A stretch of DNA of 32,000 nt. It comes from Candidatus Kuenenia stuttgartensis (GTDB lineage: Bacteria; Planctomycetota; Brocadiia; Brocadiales; Brocadiaceae). A model generated the notes under the pieces. The model was given only the letters and a program-made list of their open reading frames with translations, was not told the origin of the DNA and ran no database searches. Each line of letters starts with the position of its first letter. Within the stretch, counting starts at the first letter, position 1. Location of the stretch: contig NZ_LT934425.1 of NCBI RefSeq assembly GCF_900232105.1, positions 540,001-572,000 on the forward strand, given 5' to 3'. This document shows positions 18,001-23,904 of the stretch, one piece after another. The translations under genes were made by a program, and so were the position numbers.

Positions 18001-18147
18001 TAAAATAATATATTTTGCATTTCCACCGTGCGCAAATCCACCGCCGGCCAGAATGAGTAAAACCAAGGCAAATAAAATAATACCTAGGGCTTTTTGGGAG
18101 AATTGTCTTACCCACTTTTGTTTTCTGTAACGGCTGTTATGCGTCAT
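9100..18147 (-). CDS. Giant membrane-anchored modular surface protein (3,015 aa): PhoA-type alkaline phosphatase, Ig-like, 5 LamG and 9 SbsA-type Ig modules, beta-sandwich, SGNH-like C-terminal domain
   Basis: Basic N-terminus plus TM/signal anchor (ALGIILFALVLLILAGGGFA). Alkaline-phosphatase motifs are intact: ILFIGDGFG, DSACTAS (Ser codon 17803-17805), VEGGAIDWASHANN, VTADHETG, GNHTNSLVP. LamG modules carry (Y/H)YxFDE..G...D.SGN...G and end in DDV(R/Q)IYNRALS. Ig modules read PDTTPPxVxATSP...ITCTFSEAMD...YTATITTGVKDVAGN...W.FTTG. The C-terminal SGNH blocks are GDGIT (block I with Gly where Ser is expected), GVGGST, QYGTNDA and DTLHPN. Confidence 0.9.
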   Translation of the reverse strand: MTHNSRYRKQKWVRQFSQKALGIILFALVLLILAGGGFAHGGNAKYIILFIGDGFGSKHIEAVNKYNGDTAPLYQSGPPWVKYMVSTFPEGGSYNTTEAWSDFDYVNTTPDTQDSACTASAIYSGSKTSLGRMSVSSDGSTRLFTIGERAKELGKAVGAISTVPASHATPGAWVAHNDSRINTFAIADEGFFGNPNTTGSVTTNTKYGGGHGSTMPPADVMIGGNVTNYISDQILNKLRTESGQAGKHVLVERKTGVNGGNALMSAANTSSTLKLAGLFNQVYHNANGGGYNSDNPTLSESVLATVKVLSRNPNGFVLMVEGGAIDWASHANNMNQMIGEAKDFYNAIQTVTDWVNDTGNDATWNNTLVIVTADHETGYLTAGPGILADQPLGNVDSTTLSKEKIVYNTGGRKASWEDANSNYLIDTGETVYWYWNSGNHTNSLVPLYARGTGSELFVHYAINIDSVRGPYLDNTDVFSVMNSAIAIAGTATKVAFVQQPTNTTAGAAISPAVTVQLQDDSGNNVYTSDVSVTISLSSGTGVLSGTAVQKTNASGLATFSGLSIDLAGSKNLTATSAGLMSAVSNAFTISDTTPQVAYYRFDESSGTNAADSSGNGNNGVLINGPVWTTGKISNALSFDGVNDYVSTADTPFDFERTNSFSVSAWIKLAPTTLENPIVSKDGAAPSYTGWSFYVEPGSLRVFLTNKWNSPSNGIVKDSAIQVDDNVWHHVAFTYDGTSLASGVNIYIDGNLSNGTVTRNNLSASILNDVPLSIGALAGTSIAFNGLIDDVQIYNRALSGQEVLSLFNNATTPDTTPPEVSATSPVSDATEVEINSAITCTFSEEMDASSITSSTFVVSDGSGNIGGAILYSGTTATFAPTGNLSSSTTYTATITTGVKDVVGNGMTGDYVWSFTTGVPDTTPPTVIATSPVSDAAEVEVNSAITCTFSEEMYANSITPSTFLVSDRIATVSGIVYYVNQTAMFMPFGSLSYSTTYTATITTGVKDVAGNGMTANYVWRFTTGAPDTTPPTVSATSPISNATEVEVNSAITCTFSEAMDANSITTATILVSDGSSNIGGTVSYSGTTATFAPTGNLSSSTTYTTTITTGVKDVAGNGMAANYVWSFTTGAVLDATLQAYYAFDEGTGVTVTDSSGNNRNGTITGTGATWTTGKIGGALNFDGNDYVTIPSMNYDEISVSAWFNKNASGTSVIFGGFIYNADVQLQEGFDLYFNSGTPNRLRFVVVTRNTSGTRTVKDATKDFTDSNGSWYHVVGTYNKTTGEQKLYVDGQLADTQTHPSGNVIVPLTGRNYMAIGSRYTNFGFFRGSIDDVRIYNRALSGQEVLSLFNNATTPDTTPPEVIATSPVSNATEVAVNSDITCTFSEAMDASSITPSTFLVSDGSSNIDGGVSYSGTTAMFTPSGNLSSSTTYTATITTGVKDVAGNAVAANYTWSFTTGAPDTTPPEVIATSPVSDATEVAVNSAITCTFSEAMDANSITTATILVSDGSSNIGGTVSYSGTTATFAPTGNLSSSTTYTATITTGVKDVAGNGMTANYVWSFTTGAAPDSTLQAHYAFDEGTGATATDSSGNNRNGTITGATWKTGKIGGALGFNGTSNYVSIPRLNYDEISVSAWFYKNANDTANADAIFGGWRWSSNLQQQEGFDLRFHQSSPNTLNFILTSKNVSGTRITKTGTYSFSNSVGNWHYAAGTYNKTTGEQKLYVDGQLVNTQLHPAGNTIVPLTSYSDMRIGYSRVNNGYMDGKVDEVRVYNRALSDQEVLSLFNDTVSPDTTPPTVIATSPVSNATEVAVNSYITCTFSEAMDANSITTATILVSDGSSNIGGTVSYSGTTATFAPTGNLSSSTTYTATITTGVKDVAGNAVAANYTWSFTTGAPDTTPPEVIATSPVSDATEVAVNSDITCTFSEAMDASSITPSTFLVSDGSSNIDGGVSYSGTTAMFTPSGNLSSSTTYTATITTGVKDVAGNAVAANYTWSFTTGAPDTTPPEVIATSPVSDATEVAVNSAITCTFSEAMDANSITTATILVSDGSSNIGGTVSYSGTTATFAPTGNLSSSTTYTATITTGVKDVAGNGMTANYVWSFTTGAAPDSTLQAHYAFDEGTGATATDSSGNNRNGTITGATWKTGKIGGALGFNGTSNYVSIPRLNYDEISVSAWFYKNANDTTNADAIFGGWRWSSNLQQQEGFDLRFHQSSPNTLNFILTSKNVSGTRITKTGTYSFSNSVGNWHYAAGTYNKTTGEQKLYVDGQLVNTQLHPAGNTIVPLTSYSDMRIGYSRVNNGYMDGKVDEVRVYNRALSDQEVLSLFNKSDQAVLSLFSNTVIPDKTPPEVSAWSPASGATGVAVDSVITATFNEEMDAGSITLSTFLVSDGIDTIDGTVSYSGTTATFIPSGNLSSSTTYTAMIITGVKDLTGNAMASDYIWRFTTDYMYGTATITMSLSEETGGQQAHYAFDEGTGAIATDFSDNNKNGTITGFTGSTWTTGKFGRALSFNGESTYVSIPPLNYDEISVSAWFYRYSVDTVAPDTIFGGWSWNSGGQGYGLYFDQYSASGNTIRFILTTKTSEGTKTQKHATNDLVTSTGKWYHVAGTYNKTTGEQKLYVDGQLVDTQTHPAGNTIVPYTAASYMAIGASTSNYGHMDGKIDEVLVYNRALSAVEVLSLRFYNTTTPDTTPLVRITTPDNYYLQENSDLSVQAETNNLQQNQGILFVLDSGTAYAQSIRDYTAPYEVVFTNLSRGEYVMDAFVVDAEGNKIPGEYAHDKRVQIGIGDYYWGMGDGITIGIGDDDVSDDTSQDGRNAGGGYPPILNNLLTAARGYPHTVFNEGVGGSTSPDGASSINRMLLRHPNASGCLVQYGTNDANPLGLPIPSGLGLNPGDPGYPGTFKDNMQKISEAINAAGQKVCLAKVPIALGDSSGTYHDPDKAPRNILIKEYNQVIDELKSNFSNNILIIPPDFYSYFNYLDLPTERRRYEDEYADTLHPNGIGYRSMSNLWFQTLTQ
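11174..12470 (-). repeat. Near-identical 1,297-bp segment (LamG + 2 Ig), copy 1 of a tandem duplication with 1,626-bp period
   Basis: Matches 12800-14096 at an offset of 1,626 bp. I saw only two differences: near 11597 (T vs C, Thr/Ala in NANDT[T/A]NAD) and at 12423 (C vs T, Asp/Asn). Confidence 0.9.
12800..14096 (-). repeat. Near-identical 1,297-bp segment, copy 2
   Basis: See 11174-12470. The 329-bp spacer (12471-12799) is itself one Ig module that is mosaic between the two Ig subtypes. Confidence 0.9.
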
Positions 18148-18148
18148 T

Positions 18149-20971
18149 TTATTTGTCCAACCTTTCCGTTAATTCGAAATACGGCGTAAAAGAAAAACTA
18201 TCACTGTTTATATCATCATTGCTACCTTCAACAGCCAATATATTTTCACCGGGAAACAGTTCTTCTATAAATCCGCTTACATCTAACAGTTCACCGGGTA
18301 AACCAAACGGGTTTGAGATAATTGGTATGCCATTAAGATACGCAATGAACGGACCATCACACTCAATGAATAGTGTCATTTTTGTAACTGCATCTGGGTC
18401 ATTGACTGTAAAATCCTTGCGTACATAAACAGTTAAATAATTGCCCTGCATATCTTCCAGATTGGTCGTAATCCCCTCCCGTCCATATCCAAAATATGAA
18501 GGTCCACTCTGCCATCCGCTATCATCAAATACACTGTGTTTCCATTCATCCGGAGGTTCTTGTACTCCTTTAAAATAGTGCCATTCATCACCTTCCTTGA
18601 TACATACTTTTTCGGACAACAAGGCCAGCACCTCCCCTTCATCTAATGCATAATTGTAGATACGAACGTCGTCTATACTTCCACTGAAAAAACCCCAATC
18701 GTTATATCTTGCTCCTATGGCCATATAATTCCGTTCCGTTAATGGTACTATCACATTCCCCGATGGATGCGTTTGTGTATTCACCAACTGCCCATCCACA
18801 TATAACTTCTGTTTTCCCGTAGTCTTGTTGTATGTACCAACAACATGATACCAACTCCCATTCGAATCGGTAAAATCCTTTGTTGCATCTTTTACGGTCC
18901 TTGTCCCGCTTGTATTCCTTGTGACCACAACAAACCTGAGTCTATTGGGCGTACCCGAATTAAAATACAAGTCAAATCCTTCCTGACATTGAACATCGTC
19001 ATAATATCGAAAACCACCAAATATAACGTTGGTGCCAGATGCGTTTTTATTGAACCATGCAGATACTGAAATCTCGTCATAATTCATGCAAGGAATTGTT
19101 ACATAATCATCCCCGTCAAAATCCAATGCACCACCGATTTTCCCGGTTGTCCATATAGCGCCATGAACTGTGCCTTTCATGTCATTCCCGGAAGAATCAG
19201 TTGCAATCTCTCCCATCCCTTCATCAAATGCATAGCAAGCGTCAAAACCCCACGGATATTCGTCGATACCAGTAGTAAAACTACAGGTGTAATCAGTAAG
19301 CATCGCATTACCTGCAATATCCCTTACATCTGTGGTTATCGTTGCCGTGTACTTCGTAGCATATGACATAGGATTTGCCGGTTTAAAAATAGCCGTCATA
19401 TCGACAGGGTTGTAGTCTACTTGGCCCTCTATGGGACTGCCAATCCCGTCACTTACAAGAAAGGTAGATGTTGTTATGGTGTCTGCGTCCATTGCCTCGT
19501 TAAATGTAGCCGTTATCTCCTCAATATTTACAGACACCCTGGTCGCACCATTAACCGGATTCGTACCGCTTACCTCCGGTGACGTCTCATCAAACATATC
19601 TTCTGTCGTAAAGTACCATGTGTAATCAGCAAGCATCGCATTGCCCGCAATGTCTCTTACATCCGTAGTTATCGTTGCCGTGTATGTCGTGGCATATGAC
19701 AGAGGAATTGCCGGTTTAAAAATAGCCGTCATATCGACAGAGCTGTAGTCTACTTGACCCTCTATGGCACTGCCAATCCCGTCACTTACAATAAAGGTAG
19801 ATGTTGTTATGCCGTCTGCGTCCATTGCATCGCTAAATGTAGCCGTTATCTTTTCGATATTTACTGATACCCCGGTCTCATTCAGGGCAGGACTCGTTGC
19901 GCTTACCCTCGGGTATGCCGTGTCGGATGGCTGAGTGGCCCTCAGCATCAGCGCATTAGCATAAAACTGGCCGTTTGGAGACGAAACGGTGAACAGCATA
20001 TCACCGTCAGCACCAAGGTTGATGTTGGTGAAACGTGCAACGTACCCATTGACGGTATTATCGCCATTTACTATTGTTACCGCTGGATCTGTTTCTCCTG
20101 AAAAATCAGCGCCTGGTGTGCTTGCGTTTGTAAAGGACACAACATCCGAGATGGTGGTTGTCGTCATCCGGTCGGTATAGGAGGTATTATTGCGGTTACC
20201 GAAAAGAACAAATTCATAGTTCAAATCCGGATCAAGACCGGCAAAGGCAAAGGTAAGATTTGTTCCGCTGTAACTGATAAGCCCCGCACTATCCACAGGG
20301 CCGTTGAAAATCGCATATGCATCGGTTCCGCTGTTTGCATTACCGCCTTGAGCCAGTATATTGCAGTAATCTATGTATCCTCCAGCAATAGTTAGGGTGG
20401 CCGGGGTATTCGTACCGGTAAAGTAATCCTTCAGCAACCCGTTTTGCCCTGTTGTGTAAAGCGTGATCCTGGTATTCGCCTGCCCTGTAGACCATGAAAG
20501 GTCATTGTAAGCAGTAAATACATGAACCCCCTCAACGACCGCTACCGTCACGATTGCCTCATTGGATGAGGCCCCCTCGTTATCCAGCACTGTATAGGTA
20601 AAACTATCTGTCCCCGTAAACCCTGCATCCGGCGTATAGGTCACTGTGCCATCATCATTTAATTCCGCTACACCATTGGCAGGATTACTTGCGATTATCA
20701 CCAAGAGCGGATCAATAGCACCTTCAGAATCAGTATCATTGGCAACAACATCTATCTCAACCGGGGTATTCATATTCGTTACAGCCGCACCATCATTAGC
20801 AATAGGTGGTACGTTGCCAGCAAAAACATTATTCATTGTTTTAGTAAAACCAGGCGCAAATCCACTGCCAATTAGAATGAATAAAACCAAGACAAGTAAA
20901 ATAATATCTAAGGGTTTTTTGAGGAATTGTCTTGACTCCCTATGTTTTCTGCGATAGTTGTTATGCTTCAT
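18149..20971 (-). CDS. Membrane-anchored modular surface protein (940 aa): cadherin-like, unknown ~220-aa domain, 2 SbsA-type Ig, LamG, C-terminal galactose-binding-like beta-sandwich
   Basis: The leader MKHNNYRRKHRESRQFLKKPLDIILLVLVLFILIGSGFAPG is paralogous to the giant gene's leader. PPIANDGAAVTNMNTPVEIDVVANDTDSEG...DSFTYTVLDNEG is a cadherin-like/VCBS-type repeat. The C-terminal domain reads EWHYFKG..EPPDEW....FDDSGW..G...FGYG....YVRKDF......YLNG......LAVEG....NSDSFSF. The stop at 18149-18151 lies 1 nt from the giant gene's ATG (18147). Confidence 0.9.
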   Translation of the reverse strand: MKHNNYRRKHRESRQFLKKPLDIILLVLVLFILIGSGFAPGFTKTMNNVFAGNVPPIANDGAAVTNMNTPVEIDVVANDTDSEGAIDPLLVIIASNPANGVAELNDDGTVTYTPDAGFTGTDSFTYTVLDNEGASSNEAIVTVAVVEGVHVFTAYNDLSWSTGQANTRITLYTTGQNGLLKDYFTGTNTPATLTIAGGYIDYCNILAQGGNANSGTDAYAIFNGPVDSAGLISYSGTNLTFAFAGLDPDLNYEFVLFGNRNNTSYTDRMTTTTISDVVSFTNASTPGADFSGETDPAVTIVNGDNTVNGYVARFTNINLGADGDMLFTVSSPNGQFYANALMLRATQPSDTAYPRVSATSPALNETGVSVNIEKITATFSDAMDADGITTSTFIVSDGIGSAIEGQVDYSSVDMTAIFKPAIPLSYATTYTATITTDVRDIAGNAMLADYTWYFTTEDMFDETSPEVSGTNPVNGATRVSVNIEEITATFNEAMDADTITTSTFLVSDGIGSPIEGQVDYNPVDMTAIFKPANPMSYATKYTATITTDVRDIAGNAMLTDYTCSFTTGIDEYPWGFDACYAFDEGMGEIATDSSGNDMKGTVHGAIWTTGKIGGALDFDGDDYVTIPCMNYDEISVSAWFNKNASGTNVIFGGFRYYDDVQCQEGFDLYFNSGTPNRLRFVVVTRNTSGTRTVKDATKDFTDSNGSWYHVVGTYNKTTGKQKLYVDGQLVNTQTHPSGNVIVPLTERNYMAIGARYNDWGFFSGSIDDVRIYNYALDEGEVLALLSEKVCIKEGDEWHYFKGVQEPPDEWKHSVFDDSGWQSGPSYFGYGREGITTNLEDMQGNYLTVYVRKDFTVNDPDAVTKMTLFIECDGPFIAYLNGIPIISNPFGLPGELLDVSGFIEELFPGENILAVEGSNDDINSDSFSFTPYFELTERLDK

Positions 20972-20972
20972 T

Positions 20973-21623
20973 TTATTTGTCCTGCCTTTCAGTTAATTCG
21001 AAATAGGGAGTAAAAGAGAATTCATCACTGTTTATATCATCATTGCTACATTCAATAGCCAATATATTTTCACCGGAAAACAGTTCGTGTATAAATCCGC
21101 TTACATCTAATAATTCGTCCTTCAAACCTGACTCATTTCGGATAATTTCAATGCCGTCAAGATACACAATGAATGGGCCGTCACAGTCAATGGATATAGT
21201 CATATTTGTAACTGCGTGTACGTCATCAACAATGAAATCCCTGCGTACATAAAAACTTGAATAACTGCCCTTCATATCTTCAAGGTTGGTAATGTTACTA
21301 CCACTTTCACTTCCCTTTCCATTTCCATTTCCTTTACCATATCCAAAACCTGACCTTCCCTTTTGCCAATCGCTATCATCAAACCCGATGTGGTACCATC
21401 CATCCGGAGGTTCTTGTTTCCCTTTAAAATAGCGCCACTCATCCCCCTTATCGATCTTTACTTTTTTTGAAGAAGATGCTGAGGTAGCCTTAGCATATGC
21501 ATTCTGCCCAAATATCCCGCTCATACCTAATATGAAGCAAAAGGATATGGTTGTATAAATTATGCAGTTAATCAAATAAAGCCACCAGCTCTTTCGCACG
21601 TAACATTTCGATTCCCTTTCCAT
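20973..21623 (-). CDS. Small anchored/secreted protein (216 aa): leader plus the same beta-sandwich domain as the 940-aa protein's C-terminus
   Basis: ATG at 21623, preceded by GGAGGAGG (the track's TTG at 21650 adds 9 codons). Hydrophobic leader ...ISFCFILGMSGIFGQNAYA. The domain is about 70% identical to residues ~780-940 of the next protein, with a GKGNGNGKGSESGS insertion. The stop at 20973-20975 lies 1 nt from the next ATG (20971). Confidence 0.75.
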   Translation of the reverse strand: MERESKCYVRKSWWLYLINCIIYTTISFCFILGMSGIFGQNAYAKATSASSSKKVKIDKGDEWRYFKGKQEPPDGWYHIGFDDSDWQKGRSGFGYGKGNGNGKGSESGSNITNLEDMKGSYSSFYVRRDFIVDDVHAVTNMTISIDCDGPFIVYLDGIEIIRNESGLKDELLDVSGFIHELFSGENILAIECSNDDINSDEFSFTPYFELTERQDK

Positions 21624-21628
21624 TTTAT

Positions 21629-21636
21629 CCTCCTCC
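21629..21636 (-). promoter_or_regulatory. Shine-Dalgarno (GGAGGAGG) of the first operon gene
   Basis: The plus strand reads CCTCCTCC, 5 nt upstream of the ATG at 21623 on the minus strand. Confidence 0.6.
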
Positions 21637-22149
21637 GTTTTTTTATTCAATTAGGCTGTCTTTGGCAGCAACTTTTTTAACTCCCCCTCTAAAAAGAGAG
21701 GCATGGGGGATTAAAGGCATTTTTACACATGTCCTTCCCCTTAATCCCCTCTTTCCAGAATGGAAACCATGATTGAAATTCCTGAGCATTTAAATTATAA
21801 ACAGGCAAAATTCCCGGTGCAAAGCATACCGGAACAAGGTTTGTCAGTGCCGCCCGTCCGCCCAGTCTCTATTCATCAAAGCAAGAAGTATTAAAATGCA
21901 TAACCCTGCCATATTCGGTATAGGCGCTCACCCTTGGTGTTTTGAATCCAGGTAAATTCTTATTTTCCATATCGTACCGCCCTTCGATTTTACATTCTTT
22001 AACGACCATACATAGCGACATAAGTTTTCAAGTTTTCAACAGCCTGTCATTTACAGGCCAGACCATGAATCCATTATTTTTATGGATTCCCGTTCCCCGT
22101 TTTCACGATGACAAGTTTCATGGGAATGACATTTATGTTTCTGATATAT

Positions 22150-22201
22150 GCCGCTATCGTATTACCCTGTAAAAACTTCTTTTTTTTGTAAGTTTCTCTC
22201 T
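22150..22201. repeat. Left half of a 130-bp dispersed repeat interrupted by IS copy 2
   Basis: GCCGCTATCGTATTACCCTGTAAAAACTTCTTTTTTTTGTAAGTTTCTCTCT aligns with 8366-8416 of the intact copy. Confidence 0.6.
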
Positions 22202-23904
22202 GTACTACTATCCATCAATTTCTTGTTTTTTATGCGTGTTTTTCATGCCGCCATTTCCGTAAGTGCTTTAATATCAAGGGCTGAAGCGGTCATCAGTGAA
22301 CAAGAGAACTTCTGGCCTTTCTCCGTCAAAACATAGCGGTTGGCCCTCGGAACTTTGCGGATTAGACCGTGTGCCCGCAGCATCTTTATCCGCCGGGTCG
22401 TTCGTCCGGAATATTTCTTTTGCTGATCCTTGCCGGATTGTTCGGATTCCCGGTAAAGCCACTTACGCAAATCATGGTTGCGGAATCCATTTATCGCGTT
22501 TTCGCCTTTGGACAGGAACATCAGCATCTGGTAATCATCCTGCTGCCAGGGATTCAAACCTCGATACCTCTTGCCCTCTTTGACAACCTTGTTACAAGCG
22601 CTGCTCACCACTTCTTTCAGTTTCTCCTCTACCTGAGCCGCCGCCAAAGCATCCCCATAACGATCATTGCATTGTTGGCTCACCTCACACCGTCGATGAA
22701 GATCGCTTACGCCCTTACGCATCTTCTGCCATGACGCCGGTTTGCCTTCATCATCATTGGGACTCCGAAAGACCTTAAAGTCCCGCGTATTATTGATCGT
22801 TGTCTCAATACGCAAGAGACTACCGCTCTTGTTATACATCTTCACTGAATTATAATTCACACTGTGCTTGACCCGTATACCTTCATAGCGTCTTCGATAG
22901 TCGCTGATAACCTCATCAGGGGCAGCGCCTGCAAGGTTACGCCTACCCAAATACTTCATCACCGAAGAACTGTCGCAAACCCGCATCGCATGATGAACAA
23001 ACGATGGAAACAACTCCTCCAATGCCTCAACCGATTTAAACATGATGTCCGTCGCCCACTCCGTCTCATCCGCAGACCAGTAATACTCCGGTTCCAACGG
23101 ACGAAGAATCTGCGACAATGCCGGGCAACTGCCCAACGCAAGCCCGTTCAGCAGCTTCGCCCAGTCAGTCTTAAGCTGCTCATGGAGCAGAACCTGCGCA
23201 GCCGCAATATCCTCTATACGCACAAAACAGTTGCCGTCCTTAACATAATCAATACCTTGCTTCTGAAGTTGCCGCTCCAGCCAATGACGACCATTGAGAC
23301 AAATGAAAATATTAAACGGCGCCCAACTCTGGATACGAACATGACCAAAACCAAACACTGGATCGTTAAAATAATGATACACAAAGACACACTTGCGGGG
23401 CGCCATTACCAACTCGAGCTTCTTGCTGGCCTTGTTGCCCTTGACCATCGGCGCAATACAAGGCTCTACCACACTCAACAGGCAGATGGAACCTTCCGTA
23501 ATCCTCTTATCCGCCGCGATCTGGCGAGCCAACTTCTCCTTATCAACACCGCTGCTCATCAAATACCGCACCTCGATACCCAAATCTTTCGCCCGCGATT
23601 CACAACTGTCTCGCACCTGTGCCGTAAGCCCATTGACCCAACCGGAAAAATCCTTAAGCAGAATTCTCGCTTGGTTCATGAATGTTCCCATCCCACGCTC
23701 ACTGGCCAACCACCGCAATGTCCCGCGAAAACGAATCCTGTCCAGACCGCTTATTGCACCCACGATCCTGTCTCGATATAATTCCATCAACTTATTCATA
23801 AGTAGTGTCCTCCAAATTGTCTGATTACTATTTACGAGGATACTACTATACTTTATAATAAACTAAAAATCACCTTTTTGGTTGCGGCCAAAGGCCGCGC
23901 TAGG
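22202..23904 (-). mobile_element. Putative insertion sequence, copy 2 (1,703 bp)
   Basis: Same sequence and orientation as 6-1708, with one mismatch. It splits a dispersed repeat whose uninterrupted form is at 8366-8495. Confidence 0.65.
22243..23799 (-). CDS. Putative transposase / mobile-element protein (518 aa), identical to the 47-1603 product
   Basis: Protein sequence identical to copy 1. Confidence 0.7.
   Translation of the reverse strand: MNKLMELYRDRIVGAISGLDRIRFRGTLRWLASERGMGTFMNQARILLKDFSGWVNGLTAQVRDSCESRAKDLGIEVRYLMSSGVDKEKLARQIAADKRITEGSICLLSVVEPCIAPMVKGNKASKKLELVMAPRKCVFVYHYFNDPVFGFGHVRIQSWAPFNIFICLNGRHWLERQLQKQGIDYVKDGNCFVRIEDIAAAQVLLHEQLKTDWAKLLNGLALGSCPALSQILRPLEPEYYWSADETEWATDIMFKSVEALEELFPSFVHHAMRVCDSSSVMKYLGRRNLAGAAPDEVISDYRRRYEGIRVKHSVNYNSVKMYNKSGSLLRIETTINNTRDFKVFRSPNDDEGKPASWQKMRKGVSDLHRRCEVSQQCNDRYGDALAAAQVEEKLKEVVSSACNKVVKEGKRYRGLNPWQQDDYQMLMFLSKGENAINGFRNHDLRKWLYRESEQSGKDQQKKYSGRTTRRIKMLRAHGLIRKVPRANRYVLTEKGQKFSCSLMTASALDIKALTEMAA

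Noticed and set aside
9805-20957. Dozens of 60-142-aa plus-strand ORFs antisense to the two large surface-protein genes (for example 11921-12178, 12239-12496, 13547-13804, 15485-15913, 16394-16738, 20646-20957)
   Set aside because: They are shadow ORFs produced by stop-poor codon usage in the repeat modules. Their periodic recurrence only mirrors the sense-strand repeats.
18145-20975. Idea that the three surface genes are one polyprotein read through by frameshifting or stop-codon readthrough
   Set aside because: The stop and next ATG are offset by 4 nt (TAA-A-ATG), so plain readthrough is out of frame. Each downstream gene starts with its own basic leader plus TM segment, which fits separate, translationally coupled proteins.
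21761-22060. Two unlisted ~45-aa ORFs in the junk region (plus strand from about 21761, METMIEIPEHL...; minus strand, MVVKECKIEGRYDMENKN...)
   Set aside because: No RBS and no recognisable family. They are embedded among dispersed-repeat fragments (for example the GTCATTCCCATGAAA...GGGAATCC-type palindrome near 22085-22135), so there is too little evidence to call them genes.
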